Below, in pieces: positions 41,962-53,274 of a stretch of DNA of 64,000 bases. The stretch comes from Pseudomonadota bacterium (GTDB lineage Bacteria > Bdellovibrionota_C > UBA2361 > OMII01): positions 1 through 64,000 of the forward strand of contig JAYPVM010000011.1 in NCBI GenBank assembly GCA_038134595.1, given 5' to 3'. Position numbers and translations under genes: made by a program. The notes under the pieces are model-generated. The model saw only the letters and a list, made by a program, of their open reading frames with translations. It was not told the origin of the DNA and did not search any database. Within the stretch, counting starts at the first letter, position 1. Each line of letters starts with the position of its first letter.

Positions 41962-44900
41962 ATGCTCCGTTTTGCCTTCGTATGCATAGTAGCCCTAGTA
42001 ATCTTCATAACTTCATCAGTCGCATTCGCCGCTACTATTACCACCGTTTCTTCAACTACCGCTGATGGGACATATACCGTAGGTGACACCGTTGAGATTC
42101 AAGTGACATTCGATGAAGCTGTCACTGTTACCGAGACACCAACACTTTCTTTAAATATTGGTGGAGTTGCTAATTATGAAAGTGGCAGCGGCTCTACGAC
42201 TCTCACATTTAGATACGCTCCGGTATTAGGAGATCAAATATCTAGTCTCGATTATACAAGCACGAGTGCCCTTGGCCTTAACGGTGGAACGATTACAACT
42301 ACAGAAGATGCCCCAGCGGATCTTACGCTTCCCTCTCCCGGAACAACTGGCTCTCTTAGCTTTGGACGCTCAATTGCGATAGACGCCGTAAAGCCAACTG
42401 TCTCACTGCAAGCAAATCCTCCAACGGTAGCAAATACTCCAAACTTTTCGATTTCGATAACTTTTAGTGAAATCGTCACGGGGCTTACACCCTCTGACTT
42501 CACCGTCACAAATGGAAGTATCTCTGAGCTATCAGGTAGTGGCGCTGTATACGAAGCAAGTGTAGTAGCGACTCAAGAGGGCTCCGTCTCTGTCGTGCTA
42601 CCGGCTGATTCTGTCATCGATGGTGTCTCACTCGGGAACTCGATCTCAAATACTGTCGGATTTCTCTACGATATAACGCCTCCGACAATTTCTAATATTA
42701 CATCGAGCCCAACAGTAGGAGGACGAAAGGCAGGAGATACAGTTGATGTTTTAGTTCAATTCACCGAAAGTGTTTTTCTTATCGATAATCCTCCAACGCT
42801 TACCCTTGAAACTGGAGATGTTGATCGTGATGCTGTTTACATCGCAGGGAGCGGTTCTAGTGTCCTTCGCTTCCGTTATACGGTAGAAGAAGGCGATGCT
42901 TCAGAGGACCTCTCATACATCTCTCAAAATGCTCTTACTCAAATTGGCGGCTCTCTTGTAGACCAAGCCGGTAATACAGCAGTACTTACACTACCTGTTC
43001 CCGGCGAACAGTATTCGCTATCTGCGAATTCCGATGTCATTATCGATACGATACCACCTACCGTATCGCTCTCTACTAGTCATTCAAGTAGCACTGACTC
43101 AGATCTAATACCTATTACAATTACCTTTAGTGAAGCCGTCACGGGATTTACAGCAGATGATATCGCGGTCTCTAACGGGGCTGCTACGCTTCTCTCTGGT
43201 AGTGGAGCAAACTACACGGCATACGTAGTTCCACGAGTAAATGGTTCAGTTGTAATATCAATTCCTGCAGGAGGAGCCTTCGATCGAGCTAGTAACGGGA
43301 ACGAACTTTCAGATAACCAGCTCACCTTTTCATTCTCGACAGATGGTCCCACAGTACTCGATGTATACTCGACCACACCTGATGGAGAATACAAGGCAGA
43401 CAAAACAATTCTCGTGCACGTTCAATTCTCTGAGAGCGTGGTTGTCGACGGCACACCGAGAATACAACTCTCCTCAGGCAATTCAGCTTATGCCTACTAC
43501 GCAGAGGGCAGTGGCACAAACACTCTCACATTCTTGTATACAGTAAGCCAAGGCGAGAACTCAGGCGATCTCGATTACGGCACGCTCCCTCCACTTTCAC
43601 TTCAGGGTGGTGCGATTCGAGACGCCGCAACTAATACAAAGGACGCTCGTTTTACCTTCGCCAAACCGGGCCGCTCAGGCTCACTTAGTGTTAGCAACAA
43701 CATTATCGTCGACACGATTGCTCCCGTTGTTTCATATGTCACAGGCTCTACGCCAAACGGTGCATATCACGAAGACGAGGATATTCAGATTCAGGTGGTC
43801 TTTAGTGAAACAATCGTTATGACCGGCACTCCCTCGCTGGCACTAGAAACTGGCGCAACAGATCAGACTGCCGCGTTTACAGGTGCAAGTGGGCGAACAC
43901 TATCGTTTCTCTACACCATAGTAGATGGCGATAACACTGAGCGGCTTGACTATCTTTCGTCAAATGCCTTCTCGCTTAACGATGCGATACTGACTGACCG
44001 GGCCGGTAACATTGCGGTAGTGACACTCCCTACGACCGGCTCTAGTAATTCTTTAGCCGGCCGAAAGAACATCATAATCGATACGATTCATCCGTGGGTT
44101 GATTCGGTTAGCTCAACTCTTCCAAGCGGCCGATACAAAGCAGGAACACAGATACCTATCACAGTTTCTTTTTCAGAGACTGTAACGGTAACTGGCACTC
44201 CCCAAATTGCACTGCAGATAGGAACACGAAGCGACACTGCCTCATACACTTCGGGAAGTGGCTCGAGTACGATAACGTTTAGCTACACCGTTCAAGCAGG
44301 TGACACCACCGAAAGCCTTCGCTATATCGATTCAACATCGCTTTCCCTTGCGGGCGGAGCGATTTTTGATAGAGCTAGAAACGACGCAATCCTTCCGCTT
44401 CCTACTCCCGGCGCTAGCGGCTCGCTTAGCTTTAATAGAACACTCGCACTCGATACTGACACGCCACAAATTATTAGCGCTATATCTTCAAAATCCCCCG
44501 GTGTATATTCAGTATCAACGACCATTCACATCGAGGTGCTATTTGATGAACCGGTTGTAGCAACGGGTACTCCAGAGATCCTCCTTAATACCACTCCTAG
44601 TGCAGCCAAGGCTGTCTACAAGGAGGGAAGCGGAACTGATACACTTATATTTGAGTACGTCGTTGATGTAGACGAAAACTCTGCCGATCTAGGTTACATA
44701 GACTCCGATTCTCTAACACTCCCATCCGGAGCAACCATCAGAGACATCGCAGGCAACGATGCTATTCTAACCCTACCAGACAACAGCGGCGAAAATTCCC
44801 TTCAAGGACACAATGCAATCACTATCGACACCCTCGCTCCAACAGTCGTCTCTGTAACATCTGATATCGCTAATGGCTTCTATCGGGTAGGTGCTCAGAT

Positions 44901-47322
44901 TCCAATTACGGTGATCTTTAGCGAGCCGACATATGTAAGTTCTAACGTTTCACTTCGCCTCAGACTCGATACAGGAACTATTGATGCCGAGTATGTAAGT
45001 GGCACCGGTTCAACAGAGCTTCGCTTTAACTACGTTGTGGGAAGCACTCACAACACAGCAGACCTTGAGTACTTTGATATAAATTCTCTGCGTGATGATA
45101 CAGCCTCTATTCTCGATCAAGCAGGCAACGCAAGCACCGCTATCCTTCCAACACCTGGAAGTAGCGGATCGCTTGGAAACGCAAAGGATATCACTATCGA
45201 CAACATCGCTCCCGATGCTCCAGTCCTGACAGATCCAGCAGGCACCACGGTGTACCGCAGAAATTCAGTTCTTGTGAAGGGCACTGCTGAGCCGTTCTCC
45301 GAAATCAGTGTTACATTCGGCACAACTCACTCATGCCAAGCTACAACCTCCGCCGATAGCAGTTGGGAATGTCAGGTTACTGGACTAGAGGATGGAATCT
45401 ATTATGTCTCGGCAGACGCAACCGACCGCGCTGGAAATCTAGGCGTGAAATCATCAGCAATTGAAGTACATATCGAAAACGATTCCCTTACTCCCCCAAC
45501 GATAACCTCGCCAACTAACGAGATGACTACAGAGTCGCAACCTGTATTTGCAGGCACAGGGCATCCAAATAAACTAACCAAAATCTTCTATGGCGCAACC
45601 GAGGTGTGTACCGCAAGTGTTTCATCTGAGGGCGCGTGGTCATGCACAAGCTTAATCTTATTTAGTGAGGGATACTATCCACTGGTAGCGTACACTGAAG
45701 ATCCAATCGATTCTGCCACCTCTACCACCGTTGATTTCACTCTCGCAGTGGGACAGGTCTATTCGGGAACGATTAGAAAGACAAACCGCGAGCAAACTCC
45801 TTTCGAGGGAGTAGAGATTACCGATGGAGTTCATACCGTAGAAACTGATGCCGACGGCACCTACACCTTTGTAGTACCACTAGCTGGAGCCGACGCGCTC
45901 ACTGCCTCGAAATACGGCTGGAGCGTTACACAAGTATCGAGTGAGCTAACTGCGACATCAGGAAGCACCGTCGACTGGCTTGCAACACCTCATTTAGAAC
46001 AACAAACATTTGCTATCTGGTTTACCAAACGCCAGCAGATGACCTCGTCGATACATATCATCAATCGAGACGCCTCCTCCTCTACCGTTGATGTCACTAC
46101 CTTTACCAAAGACGGTAGCGTTTGTGATAGTACAGACACCACTACTGTAGAATCATTTCAAAAAACCTCTCTGGAAGTCCCTCTAGACAACTGTATTGTA
46201 GACGAGCCAGATTACGGAGTCGTTGAAGTTGACTACTCAGGAGAAAGCTTTAGAGGATCAATTGCATCCTTTAATCAAACGGTAGCGACTTCAAGACGAG
46301 TCTATTCATACGGAAGCATGGAGCTACAAAATGAAGTTCGGGGCACCTCCTACTCTCAATTTGATACCGCTTTCTACAAGGACAGGTCATCTCAAAGTCG
46401 CTCTCTTCTGCAAAACGAGCTATTCCTTGCAAATGTAGGAGATAGCCCGCTTAGCTTTACCGTAACTCGGTATAAATCAGACACCACCGACCTCGGTACA
46501 ATCTCGGTAAGCGTGGCTCCAAAGACAGTCGGTGTGGTTGAATTCGAAGATTCTCTCTCACAAGAAGCTGCAAACGGCATCGACTACATCGTTCCTAGCG
46601 ATCCGACAGCCCCCTATATCGCAATGCGAAGACGTGCTCCTCAAAAAGGCTCGGCATTTGGTTCGCTTGAGCCTAGTGTTTCATCACCGCTTTCAACCGT
46701 GTTTAGTCGGGTACAATACTTTCCCACAACTCGTGCGGTGCAATACGCAGAGATTTCAAATGTAAGCTCTTCTCCTACAGAGGTGACGCTTACTCGATAT
46801 TCTCGAAGTGGCAGAGCGAGACCAGCGATTCATCTTGCACTCCAACCCCAAGAGACTCGAAAAATTAGGCTAAGTAGACTCCTACGAAAATACACTGAAG
46901 GGGCCCTTGAGATCACATCGAGTGTTCCTAATGCACTTATCGTAAGCTCGGTCGTCAAACACTACAACAAACGAAATAAGCTGCGGCAGATACATATCAC
47001 TCCGCTAAAAGAATCATTTGGAGATTTATTTCACGGTGTGGTTTCAGCATCGATAGCGCAACGTACTTTGGTAAAACTCTCTAATATGAGTTCCGAGCCA
47101 CAAACAGCAACTGTCTCCTGCCTTGTAGATGGGCAGATGCTTCATTCAAACTCGTATAGACTTCGTGCTCATAGCTTTAGGTCTGTGAAGACCAAAAGCT
47201 GTATGATGGGGCACTCAGAAGGAATCATCGAGGTAAATGCTTCCGCTGTTGGAGTGGTTGTTCCCGACTTAATACATTATACCAGACGAGATCTTGGGGA
47301 ATTTGCTTCGCGTATGGAGTAA
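41962..47322 (+). CDS. Large secreted Ig-like repeat surface protein / adhesin
   Basis: Signal peptide MLRFAFVC...AFA. Seven units of about 120 aa (V.FSE.V...GTP.L.L...Y..GSG...L.F.Y.V...D.AGN.A.LTLP), plus other Big-type domains. Confidence 0.85.
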   Translation: MLRFAFVCIVALVIFITSSVAFAATITTVSSTTADGTYTVGDTVEIQVTFDEAVTVTETPTLSLNIGGVANYESGSGSTTLTFRYAPVLGDQISSLDYTSTSALGLNGGTITTTEDAPADLTLPSPGTTGSLSFGRSIAIDAVKPTVSLQANPPTVANTPNFSISITFSEIVTGLTPSDFTVTNGSISELSGSGAVYEASVVATQEGSVSVVLPADSVIDGVSLGNSISNTVGFLYDITPPTISNITSSPTVGGRKAGDTVDVLVQFTESVFLIDNPPTLTLETGDVDRDAVYIAGSGSSVLRFRYTVEEGDASEDLSYISQNALTQIGGSLVDQAGNTAVLTLPVPGEQYSLSANSDVIIDTIPPTVSLSTSHSSSTDSDLIPITITFSEAVTGFTADDIAVSNGAATLLSGSGANYTAYVVPRVNGSVVISIPAGGAFDRASNGNELSDNQLTFSFSTDGPTVLDVYSTTPDGEYKADKTILVHVQFSESVVVDGTPRIQLSSGNSAYAYYAEGSGTNTLTFLYTVSQGENSGDLDYGTLPPLSLQGGAIRDAATNTKDARFTFAKPGRSGSLSVSNNIIVDTIAPVVSYVTGSTPNGAYHEDEDIQIQVVFSETIVMTGTPSLALETGATDQTAAFTGASGRTLSFLYTIVDGDNTERLDYLSSNAFSLNDAILTDRAGNIAVVTLPTTGSSNSLAGRKNIIIDTIHPWVDSVSSTLPSGRYKAGTQIPITVSFSETVTVTGTPQIALQIGTRSDTASYTSGSGSSTITFSYTVQAGDTTESLRYIDSTSLSLAGGAIFDRARNDAILPLPTPGASGSLSFNRTLALDTDTPQIISAISSKSPGVYSVSTTIHIEVLFDEPVVATGTPEILLNTTPSAAKAVYKEGSGTDTLIFEYVVDVDENSADLGYIDSDSLTLPSGATIRDIAGNDAILTLPDNSGENSLQGHNAITIDTLAPTVVSVTSDIANGFYRVGAQIPITVIFSEPTYVSSNVSLRLRLDTGTIDAEYVSGTGSTELRFNYVVGSTHNTADLEYFDINSLRDDTASILDQAGNASTAILPTPGSSGSLGNAKDITIDNIAPDAPVLTDPAGTTVYRRNSVLVKGTAEPFSEISVTFGTTHSCQATTSADSSWECQVTGLEDGIYYVSADATDRAGNLGVKSSAIEVHIENDSLTPPTITSPTNEMTTESQPVFAGTGHPNKLTKIFYGATEVCTASVSSEGAWSCTSLILFSEGYYPLVAYTEDPIDSATSTTVDFTLAVGQVYSGTIRKTNREQTPFEGVEITDGVHTVETDADGTYTFVVPLAGADALTASKYGWSVTQVSSELTATSGSTVDWLATPHLEQQTFAIWFTKRQQMTSSIHIINRDASSSTVDVTTFTKDGSVCDSTDTTTVESFQKTSLEVPLDNCIVDEPDYGVVEVDYSGESFRGSIASFNQTVATSRRVYSYGSMELQNEVRGTSYSQFDTAFYKDRSSQSRSLLQNELFLANVGDSPLSFTVTRYKSDTTDLGTISVSVAPKTVGVVEFEDSLSQEAANGIDYIVPSDPTAPYIAMRRRAPQKGSAFGSLEPSVSSPLSTVFSRVQYFPTTRAVQYAEISNVSSSPTEVTLTRYSRSGRARPAIHLALQPQETRKIRLSRLLRKYTEGALEITSSVPNALIVSSVVKHYNKRNKLRQIHITPLKESFGDLFHGVVSASIAQRTLVKLSNMSSEPQTATVSCLVDGQMLHSNSYRLRAHSFRSVKTKSCMMGHSEGIIEVNASAVGVVVPDLIHYTRRDLGEFASRME

Positions 47323-47404
47323 ACATATTGGTGCTATCATCTAGCGCCAAAGAATAGCTCTTGCTATCGTAGGGGCTTTAGATAATGTTCATCTACGGAT
47401 TGCT

Positions 47405-47743
47405 ATGAGCTTACTACCACCCTGTCCTAAATGTTCGTCAGAATACACCTATGAAGATAGATCGCTTCTTGTCTGCCCTGAGTGTGCATATGAGTGGAGC
47501 GTTGAAGACAATACCAACGAAACCGACGCACCTGAGATTAAAGACTCTGTTGGCAACGTTCTGCAGGACGGCGATACCGTCACGGTTATCAAAGATCTAA
47601 AGGTCAAGGGAAGCTCCTCTGTGGTAAAGGTAGGAACAAAGGCTCGAAATATCCGTCTCGTAGACGGAGACCACGATATCGATTGTAAGATCGATGGAAT
47701 TGGGGCTATGAAGCTTAAATCCTGCTTTGTTAAAAAAGTATAA
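47405..47743 (+). CDS. phnA: PhnA/YjdM zinc-ribbon protein
   Basis: [15 protein letters not shown]...CPECAYEW...KDLKVKGSS...[10 protein letters not shown]. Confidence 0.92.
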   Translation: MSLLPPCPKCSSEYTYEDRSLLVCPECAYEWSVEDNTNETDAPEIKDSVGNVLQDGDTVTVIKDLKVKGSSSVVKVGTKARNIRLVDGDHDIDCKIDGIGAMKLKSCFVKKV

Positions 47744-47939
47744 ATGCTTAAAGGGCTTTATCCCCCTCAAATGTCAAAATATTCCGTCTTACCGGCATAG
47801 TAGAGGCAAGGTGGGAGTCGACTCCTCGTTAGGTGCCCCACGGCATCCTTTGTACGCTTTTGATTAAATAGTGCATTTACTATAGCTTCATACCCATAAA
47901 AGCTTTGCTCGACTATGAGTATTGTAGCAAGAGGAATCT

Positions 47940-49238
47940 GTGACCGTCCAAGACTCTCAATCATCACCAAAAGCTTTACGGATAGCCATCCTCGTTGCGG
48001 CACTCGGTTACTTTGTCGATGTCTACGATATCGTTGTTTTTAGTATAGTACGGGTTCCCAGCTTACAGAGCCTCGGGTTCTCTGATGAGCGAGTTTTAGA
48101 AGATGGTGTACTCCTCTTAAATCTTCAAATGGGCGGTATGCTTTTGGGAGGGATCCTCTGGGGGCTTTTGGGAGATAAGATCGGTCGCATCCAGGTGCTC
48201 TTCGGTTCAATCCTACTTTATTCAATTGCTAACCTTGCTAATGCCTTTGTTAACGATCTCACAACTTATGCGACCTGCCGTTTCTTTTCTGGCGTAGGGC
48301 TAGCTGGAGAGATCGGAGCTGGCATCACGCTGGTCTCTGAGATGATGCCTAAAAATCGACGCGGCCTCGCCACAACGCTGGTGGCGACTATTGGCGTATC
48401 GGGCGCAATCGCTGCCGCAACAATAGGTGAAGCTGTCCATTGGAGAACTGCTTATATTATCGGTGGCCTTGGAGGATTCGCACTCCTAGCACTACGTGTG
48501 GGGGCATTTGAATCGGGAATGTTTCAGGCGGTGAAGGAGAATGTCTCCATAAAAAAGGGGGATATCTTTTTACTTCTCCGTGACCGACGTTTTCCTCGAT
48601 ATATCAGCTGTATCTGCGTCGGTATCCCTCTGTTTTTCTTCGTAACACTCTTGATGGCGCTAGCTCCTGAAGTAGGAAAAGCTCTGAACGTGACGGCTCC
48701 TCTGAGTGCGGGGCAAGCAGCTCTACACTACTCTATCGGCATTACCATCGGGGATGTAGCGAGTGGCTTACTGAGCCAGTATCTGAAGAGTCGAAAAAAA
48801 GCCTTGGCAGTCTTTTTGATGGGCGCATTCGTTGTTTCACTCCTTTTGGCGTTCGCCAACGGTGCGAGCCCACGATACTTCTACAACCTAGCCTTACTCG
48901 GCGGATTTAGCATCGGCTACTGGGCTATGCTACTGACTACCGCAGCAGAGCAATTCGGTACAAATCTACGAGCAACAGTAGCTTCAACCGTTCCTAACTT
49001 TGTAAGGGGTTCGACGATCGGCATTACCCTCTTGTTTGAATTCCTACGTCCTTATCTTGGCACGATCGAGTCCGTACGGGTCGTTGGAGCGGTGTCTTTT
49101 GCCCTAGGTTTCTGGGGCCTCTACCGCCTTCGAGAAACCTTTCATGTTGACTTAGACTTTGTCGAGCAACGAGGTGTATCAAATAGCGATGTGCTGATAA
49201 TGTCAGAGAAAGAGCAAAGTCTGGTAATAAATGAATAA
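47940..49238 (+). CDS. MFS transporter
   Basis: About 12 hydrophobic segments, motif A GLLGDKIGR, AGEIGAG...SEMMP, EQFGTNLRAT. Confidence 0.9.
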   Translation: MTVQDSQSSPKALRIAILVAALGYFVDVYDIVVFSIVRVPSLQSLGFSDERVLEDGVLLLNLQMGGMLLGGILWGLLGDKIGRIQVLFGSILLYSIANLANAFVNDLTTYATCRFFSGVGLAGEIGAGITLVSEMMPKNRRGLATTLVATIGVSGAIAAATIGEAVHWRTAYIIGGLGGFALLALRVGAFESGMFQAVKENVSIKKGDIFLLLRDRRFPRYISCICVGIPLFFFVTLLMALAPEVGKALNVTAPLSAGQAALHYSIGITIGDVASGLLSQYLKSRKKALAVFLMGAFVVSLLLAFANGASPRYFYNLALLGGFSIGYWAMLLTTAAEQFGTNLRATVASTVPNFVRGSTIGITLLFEFLRPYLGTIESVRVVGAVSFALGFWGLYRLRETFHVDLDFVEQRGVSNSDVLIMSEKEQSLVINE

Positions 49239-49559
49239 GCCCAAAGACCGCCTTCATCTACTGTTCCTACTCTGCAAGGTAAAATACACGCACCGTTACT
49301 AGAAGTTCCATCCGAAAACAGAAACCTTACATCCAAGGAGCGTATGAAGCTGACGGCTCCGTTAATAATTTACCAGGGGAAGCATTTCCACAGACTGGAC
49401 TTGGTCTAGATTAAAGCCATGCTCTTAGAGCATTAATTTTCCTCGTGATTTCAAACCCCTACCTGAACGCATACAACGGACCAACGTTTTTTTTTATCCA
49501 TAAAATGTGTTATCTAAGGCCTAACAAAGTTACGAGAGTGCTAAATTCAAGAAACCACT

Positions 49560-52346
49560 ATGAAACGAACATCTAACATCGATCTCGCAGAGAAACACTA
49601 CGATCCCTCCAAGGTAGAAGCTTCAGTATATAAGCTCTGGGAAGAGCACGATGTGTTCGTAGCTGATAACACCTCGAAGAAAAAACCTTTCACCATTGTA
49701 ATCCCTCCACCCAACGTTACTGGGCGACTTCACATGGGGCATGCTCTAAACAATACTATGCAAGATGTGCTCATAAGATTTAAGCGCATGGAAGGCTATG
49801 ACGCGTTGTGGATTCCTGGCACCGATCACGCCGGCATTGCAACTCAGAACGTTGTCAAAAAGCACCTCGAAGCCGAAGGAATTAACTACAGGGAATACGG
49901 CAGAGAAAATGTAATCGAACGGATCTGGCAGTGGAAGCAAAAGTATGGCGACCATATCTTAAACCAACTGCGTAGGCTGGGGTGTAGCTGTGACTGGTCA
50001 CGCACGAGATTTACGATGGATGATAATCTATCGCTTGCGGTTCGCACCTGCTTCAAAAAACTCTACGATCAAGGGCTTATCTATCGCGGCAAATATATCG
50101 TAAATTGGTGCCCCGTTGATCAAACAGCTCTCTCAGATGATGAGATCGATACCAAAGATGGTGGTGAGCCAGGTCACTTCTGGTACTTCAAGTATCCATT
50201 AAAGGACGGTTCAGGTCATATTGAAATCGCCACCACTCGACCAGAGACGATGCTTGGGGATACTGCTGTTGCAGTAAATCCAAAAGACGCTCGCTACAAG
50301 GATTTCATTGGAAAACTGATAACACTCCCTCTTGTCGGTCGTGATATCCCTGTTATAGCGGACGATTACGTTGATCCAGAGTTTGGTACAGGGTGTGTAA
50401 AGATTACACCTGCTCACGATCCAAACGATTTTCAGATAGGTCTTCGACACGACTTAGCGCAGATTAACATCATGCACGAAGACGCTACGATGAATGAAAA
50501 CGTGCCGGAGAAGTTTCAAGGCATGGACCGGTACGTTTGTCGTAAAGCAGTCGTTAATGACTTAACAGAGCTTGGGCTCGTCACAAAAATAGAGGAACGA
50601 AACGTCCCGGTCGGACGAAGCTACCGCTCAAAAGCCGTGATAGAATACCGGCTGAGTGACCAATGGTTTGTAAAGATGCAACCACTTGCAGAGAAAGCTC
50701 TTCAAGCAAGTCAAGCTGGCGATCTAAAGTTTGTTCCAGAGAGGTGGGATAATTATTACCGCACATGGCTTAACAAAACTCGTGACTGGTGTATCTCAAG
50801 ACAGATCTGGTGGGGGCATCGCATACCGGCTTGGTATAACAAAGAAACAGGCGAGGTCCTCGTAGAGATTGAAACGCCGAAGCAAGTTGAGGAGAATCCA
50901 GATGCGTGGCAACAGGATGAAGATGTTTTGGACACGTGGTTTAGCTCTGCGTTGTGGCCGTATTCGACACTCGGGTGGCCAAATGACACAAAGGACGTCT
51001 CACGCTACTATCCCACTGATGTGCTTGTAACTGGAAAAGATATTATCTTCTTCTGGATAGCTCGCATGGTTATGACGGGTCTATTTAACCTTGAGAAAGT
51101 GCCATTTCACACAGTATTGATTAACTCCATCATCTGCGACGAAGATGGAGAAACGATGTCTAAATCCAAAGGAAACGGCATCGATCCATTACACATTATC
51201 GATGGAGCCTCACTTGAAGACCTAGAAGAGCCTGTACAAGAGGCACAGCCTAGCAACAAAGATGCTCTTCTAAAGCGACTACGTACTAGGTTTCCGGAGG
51301 GATTTAAGGGGGTAGGTGCAGATGCCTTGCGGTACACAATGCTTACCTCTGCCACCGATGCCCAGCAGCTCAATATCTCGCTTAAGAAGTTTGATGAAAT
51401 AGGCAGACCCCTAGCAGACAAGATCTGGAATGCTTCAAAGCTTGTTTTAGGACTCCTTGAACAGTGTCCGGAGAGCTCTGCGAAGCCAGCGGACATAGAG
51501 GAGCAGTGGATCCTTGGTCGGCTAGATAGTACTACAAGCAAAGTTCGAGAGGCCTTTGATACCTATAGCTTCCATCACGCTACTGAAGCACTCTACCACT
51601 TCTTCTGGGATGACCTCTGCGATTGGTACTTAGAAATTGCCAAGCTTCACATGAGAAACGGTAGCGACGCTAAGAAGCGGCTTGTGTGTGAAACACTCGT
51701 TGAAGCGCTCGCTGGCTTTCTGAAACTTGTGCATCCTATCATGCCCTTTATAAGCGAAGAGATGTGGGGGCATGTCCATCCGCATATTGAGAAGCTTACG
51801 CCTGCAGGCTCGCCAACAGGTGAGAGCATCCTCGCCCTCGCTCAATTTCCAAGTTCTAAGCAGAGAAGCGATAGAGCGACAGAAGAATCATTTGCAGTCA
51901 TTCAAGATATCGTCAGAACCACGCGAAATATGCGTGCTAACGGTGGCATATCACCAAAGGTAGCCATCGAAGTGGTTGCTGTACCCAATGATGAGGCCAC
52001 CAAGAAAGCTATTCTTGCAGCGCACGATCTCATCTCTAGCCTTGCTAATCTGCAGAGTCTTAGCGTGACAGAACATGCGCCCGAGAAGTTTTCGGTTGTA
52101 GTTCTTCCATCCCTACGACTGTGTCTTAATATGGCAGAGCATATCGATGTCGACGCAGAGATTGCTAGAAACAAAAAGGCTCTTGAAAGAATTGATGGCG
52201 TAATAACCGCACTCACCAAGAAACTTGGAAACGAAACCTTTGTCTCCAAAGCTCCTGCGGATGTCGTAGAGAAGGAGCGTGAGAAGCTCTCTGAAGCTAC
52301 CAGTCAGCGAGAGAAGATTCTGGGCACTTTAGGTGAGCTTGGGTAG
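49560..52346 (+). CDS. valS: Valine--tRNA ligase
   Basis: PPPNVTGRLHMGHA, ATTRPETM, DWCISRQIWWGH, TMSKS, C-terminal coiled coil. Confidence 0.98.
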   Translation: MKRTSNIDLAEKHYDPSKVEASVYKLWEEHDVFVADNTSKKKPFTIVIPPPNVTGRLHMGHALNNTMQDVLIRFKRMEGYDALWIPGTDHAGIATQNVVKKHLEAEGINYREYGRENVIERIWQWKQKYGDHILNQLRRLGCSCDWSRTRFTMDDNLSLAVRTCFKKLYDQGLIYRGKYIVNWCPVDQTALSDDEIDTKDGGEPGHFWYFKYPLKDGSGHIEIATTRPETMLGDTAVAVNPKDARYKDFIGKLITLPLVGRDIPVIADDYVDPEFGTGCVKITPAHDPNDFQIGLRHDLAQINIMHEDATMNENVPEKFQGMDRYVCRKAVVNDLTELGLVTKIEERNVPVGRSYRSKAVIEYRLSDQWFVKMQPLAEKALQASQAGDLKFVPERWDNYYRTWLNKTRDWCISRQIWWGHRIPAWYNKETGEVLVEIETPKQVEENPDAWQQDEDVLDTWFSSALWPYSTLGWPNDTKDVSRYYPTDVLVTGKDIIFFWIARMVMTGLFNLEKVPFHTVLINSIICDEDGETMSKSKGNGIDPLHIIDGASLEDLEEPVQEAQPSNKDALLKRLRTRFPEGFKGVGADALRYTMLTSATDAQQLNISLKKFDEIGRPLADKIWNASKLVLGLLEQCPESSAKPADIEEQWILGRLDSTTSKVREAFDTYSFHHATEALYHFFWDDLCDWYLEIAKLHMRNGSDAKKRLVCETLVEALAGFLKLVHPIMPFISEEMWGHVHPHIEKLTPAGSPTGESILALAQFPSSKQRSDRATEESFAVIQDIVRTTRNMRANGGISPKVAIEVVAVPNDEATKKAILAAHDLISSLANLQSLSVTEHAPEKFSVVVLPSLRLCLNMAEHIDVDAEIARNKKALERIDGVITALTKKLGNETFVSKAPADVVEKEREKLSEATSQREKILGTLGELG

Positions 52347-52659
52347 GCTTAAGGCTCCAAAAACCTGTCAAATCCTGCTCGGTGCGAAGGACTAAGTGCC
52401 TGTATTTGCTATTTAACTCTGCAAATTGAGGCCCTATTTTGGCAATCTCAATTTGCTTTAGTAATTTCAATCAGCTATTCTCCTTAGAACGTAGTTTGAG
52501 TAGAAGAGAGAAAAGGTTCTATCGCCGTTGGTTGGTGACTTCCTTAGCTTGCACAGAGGGTAGGCCCTGTGTGCAGGCAAGGGAATTGTTCCCAATGGAT
52601 TTGCCTGGTGGAATGATGGAGCGCAACGAAGGGTCCAAGACTAATGAAAGGTAAGGACC

Positions 52660-53235
52660 ATGCGCGTAATGATTGCAGTGATGGCGATGATGGCAAGTGG
52701 AGCGGCAGCAGCACAGGCACAACTGTATGTGCCGGTTGTAATTGTTCCCACTCCCCAAGCAGTGATTCTCCCCTGGGGAGAGCACTGGAGAGAAGTCTCC
52801 TTCCCCAGCGAAGGAGGGCTCACCTACAAATGGGGAGCCTACGATATCCACGTTGACCCCAATGGAAGTCAGTGGGTAGTAGGCGAGAAGGAAACGAAGC
52901 GAGCAAAGCTTCGTTTCGTGGAACCGTTCGACGCCTTCGGGCGTCGGATACCAAAGGAGATTGGCAACTTTCCTGGGGCTGAGAGGCACACCTCTCAGCG
53001 GCACTACAACCCAGACGGGTCGTGGTACGGAAAGTCAAAAGCTCATATTGGAAACCGAACGTGGTTTCCAACGTGGGCCTCTGACGGGAAATCAACCTAC
53101 CTCGTATGGGTTGAAGAACTGCCAAAGCCCAAAATGGTTCCGCAGACTCCAACGCCCGACCCGGCGTTTGAGTCAAAAAGCGGGAAGTCTAGCACCCCCG
53201 CTCCATCAGGACACTCAAGGATTGTCCTGAAGTAA
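52660..53235 (+). CDS. Hypothetical secreted protein
   Basis: Signal peptide MRVMIAVMAMMASGAAAAQA; Pro-rich tail; followed by a terminator. Confidence 0.65.
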   Translation: MRVMIAVMAMMASGAAAAQAQLYVPVVIVPTPQAVILPWGEHWREVSFPSEGGLTYKWGAYDIHVDPNGSQWVVGEKETKRAKLRFVEPFDAFGRRIPKEIGNFPGAERHTSQRHYNPDGSWYGKSKAHIGNRTWFPTWASDGKSTYLVWVEELPKPKMVPQTPTPDPAFESKSGKSSTPAPSGHSRIVLK

Positions 53236-53245
53236 GGTTTAAAAT

Positions 53246-53274
53246 ACCAGCGAAACGGATTTCGCTGGTTTTTT
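53246..53274 (+). terminator. Intrinsic terminator
   Basis: ACCAGCGAAA-CGGA-TTTCGCTGGT followed by TTTTT. Confidence 0.85.

Noticed and set aside
49240..49559. T-box leader for valS
   Set aside because: No T-box consensus or terminator/antiterminator seen.
52519..53230. Several overlapping alternative ORFs around 52660-53235
   Set aside because: Only the 52660 frame has an RBS-like sequence, a signal peptide and a matching terminator.
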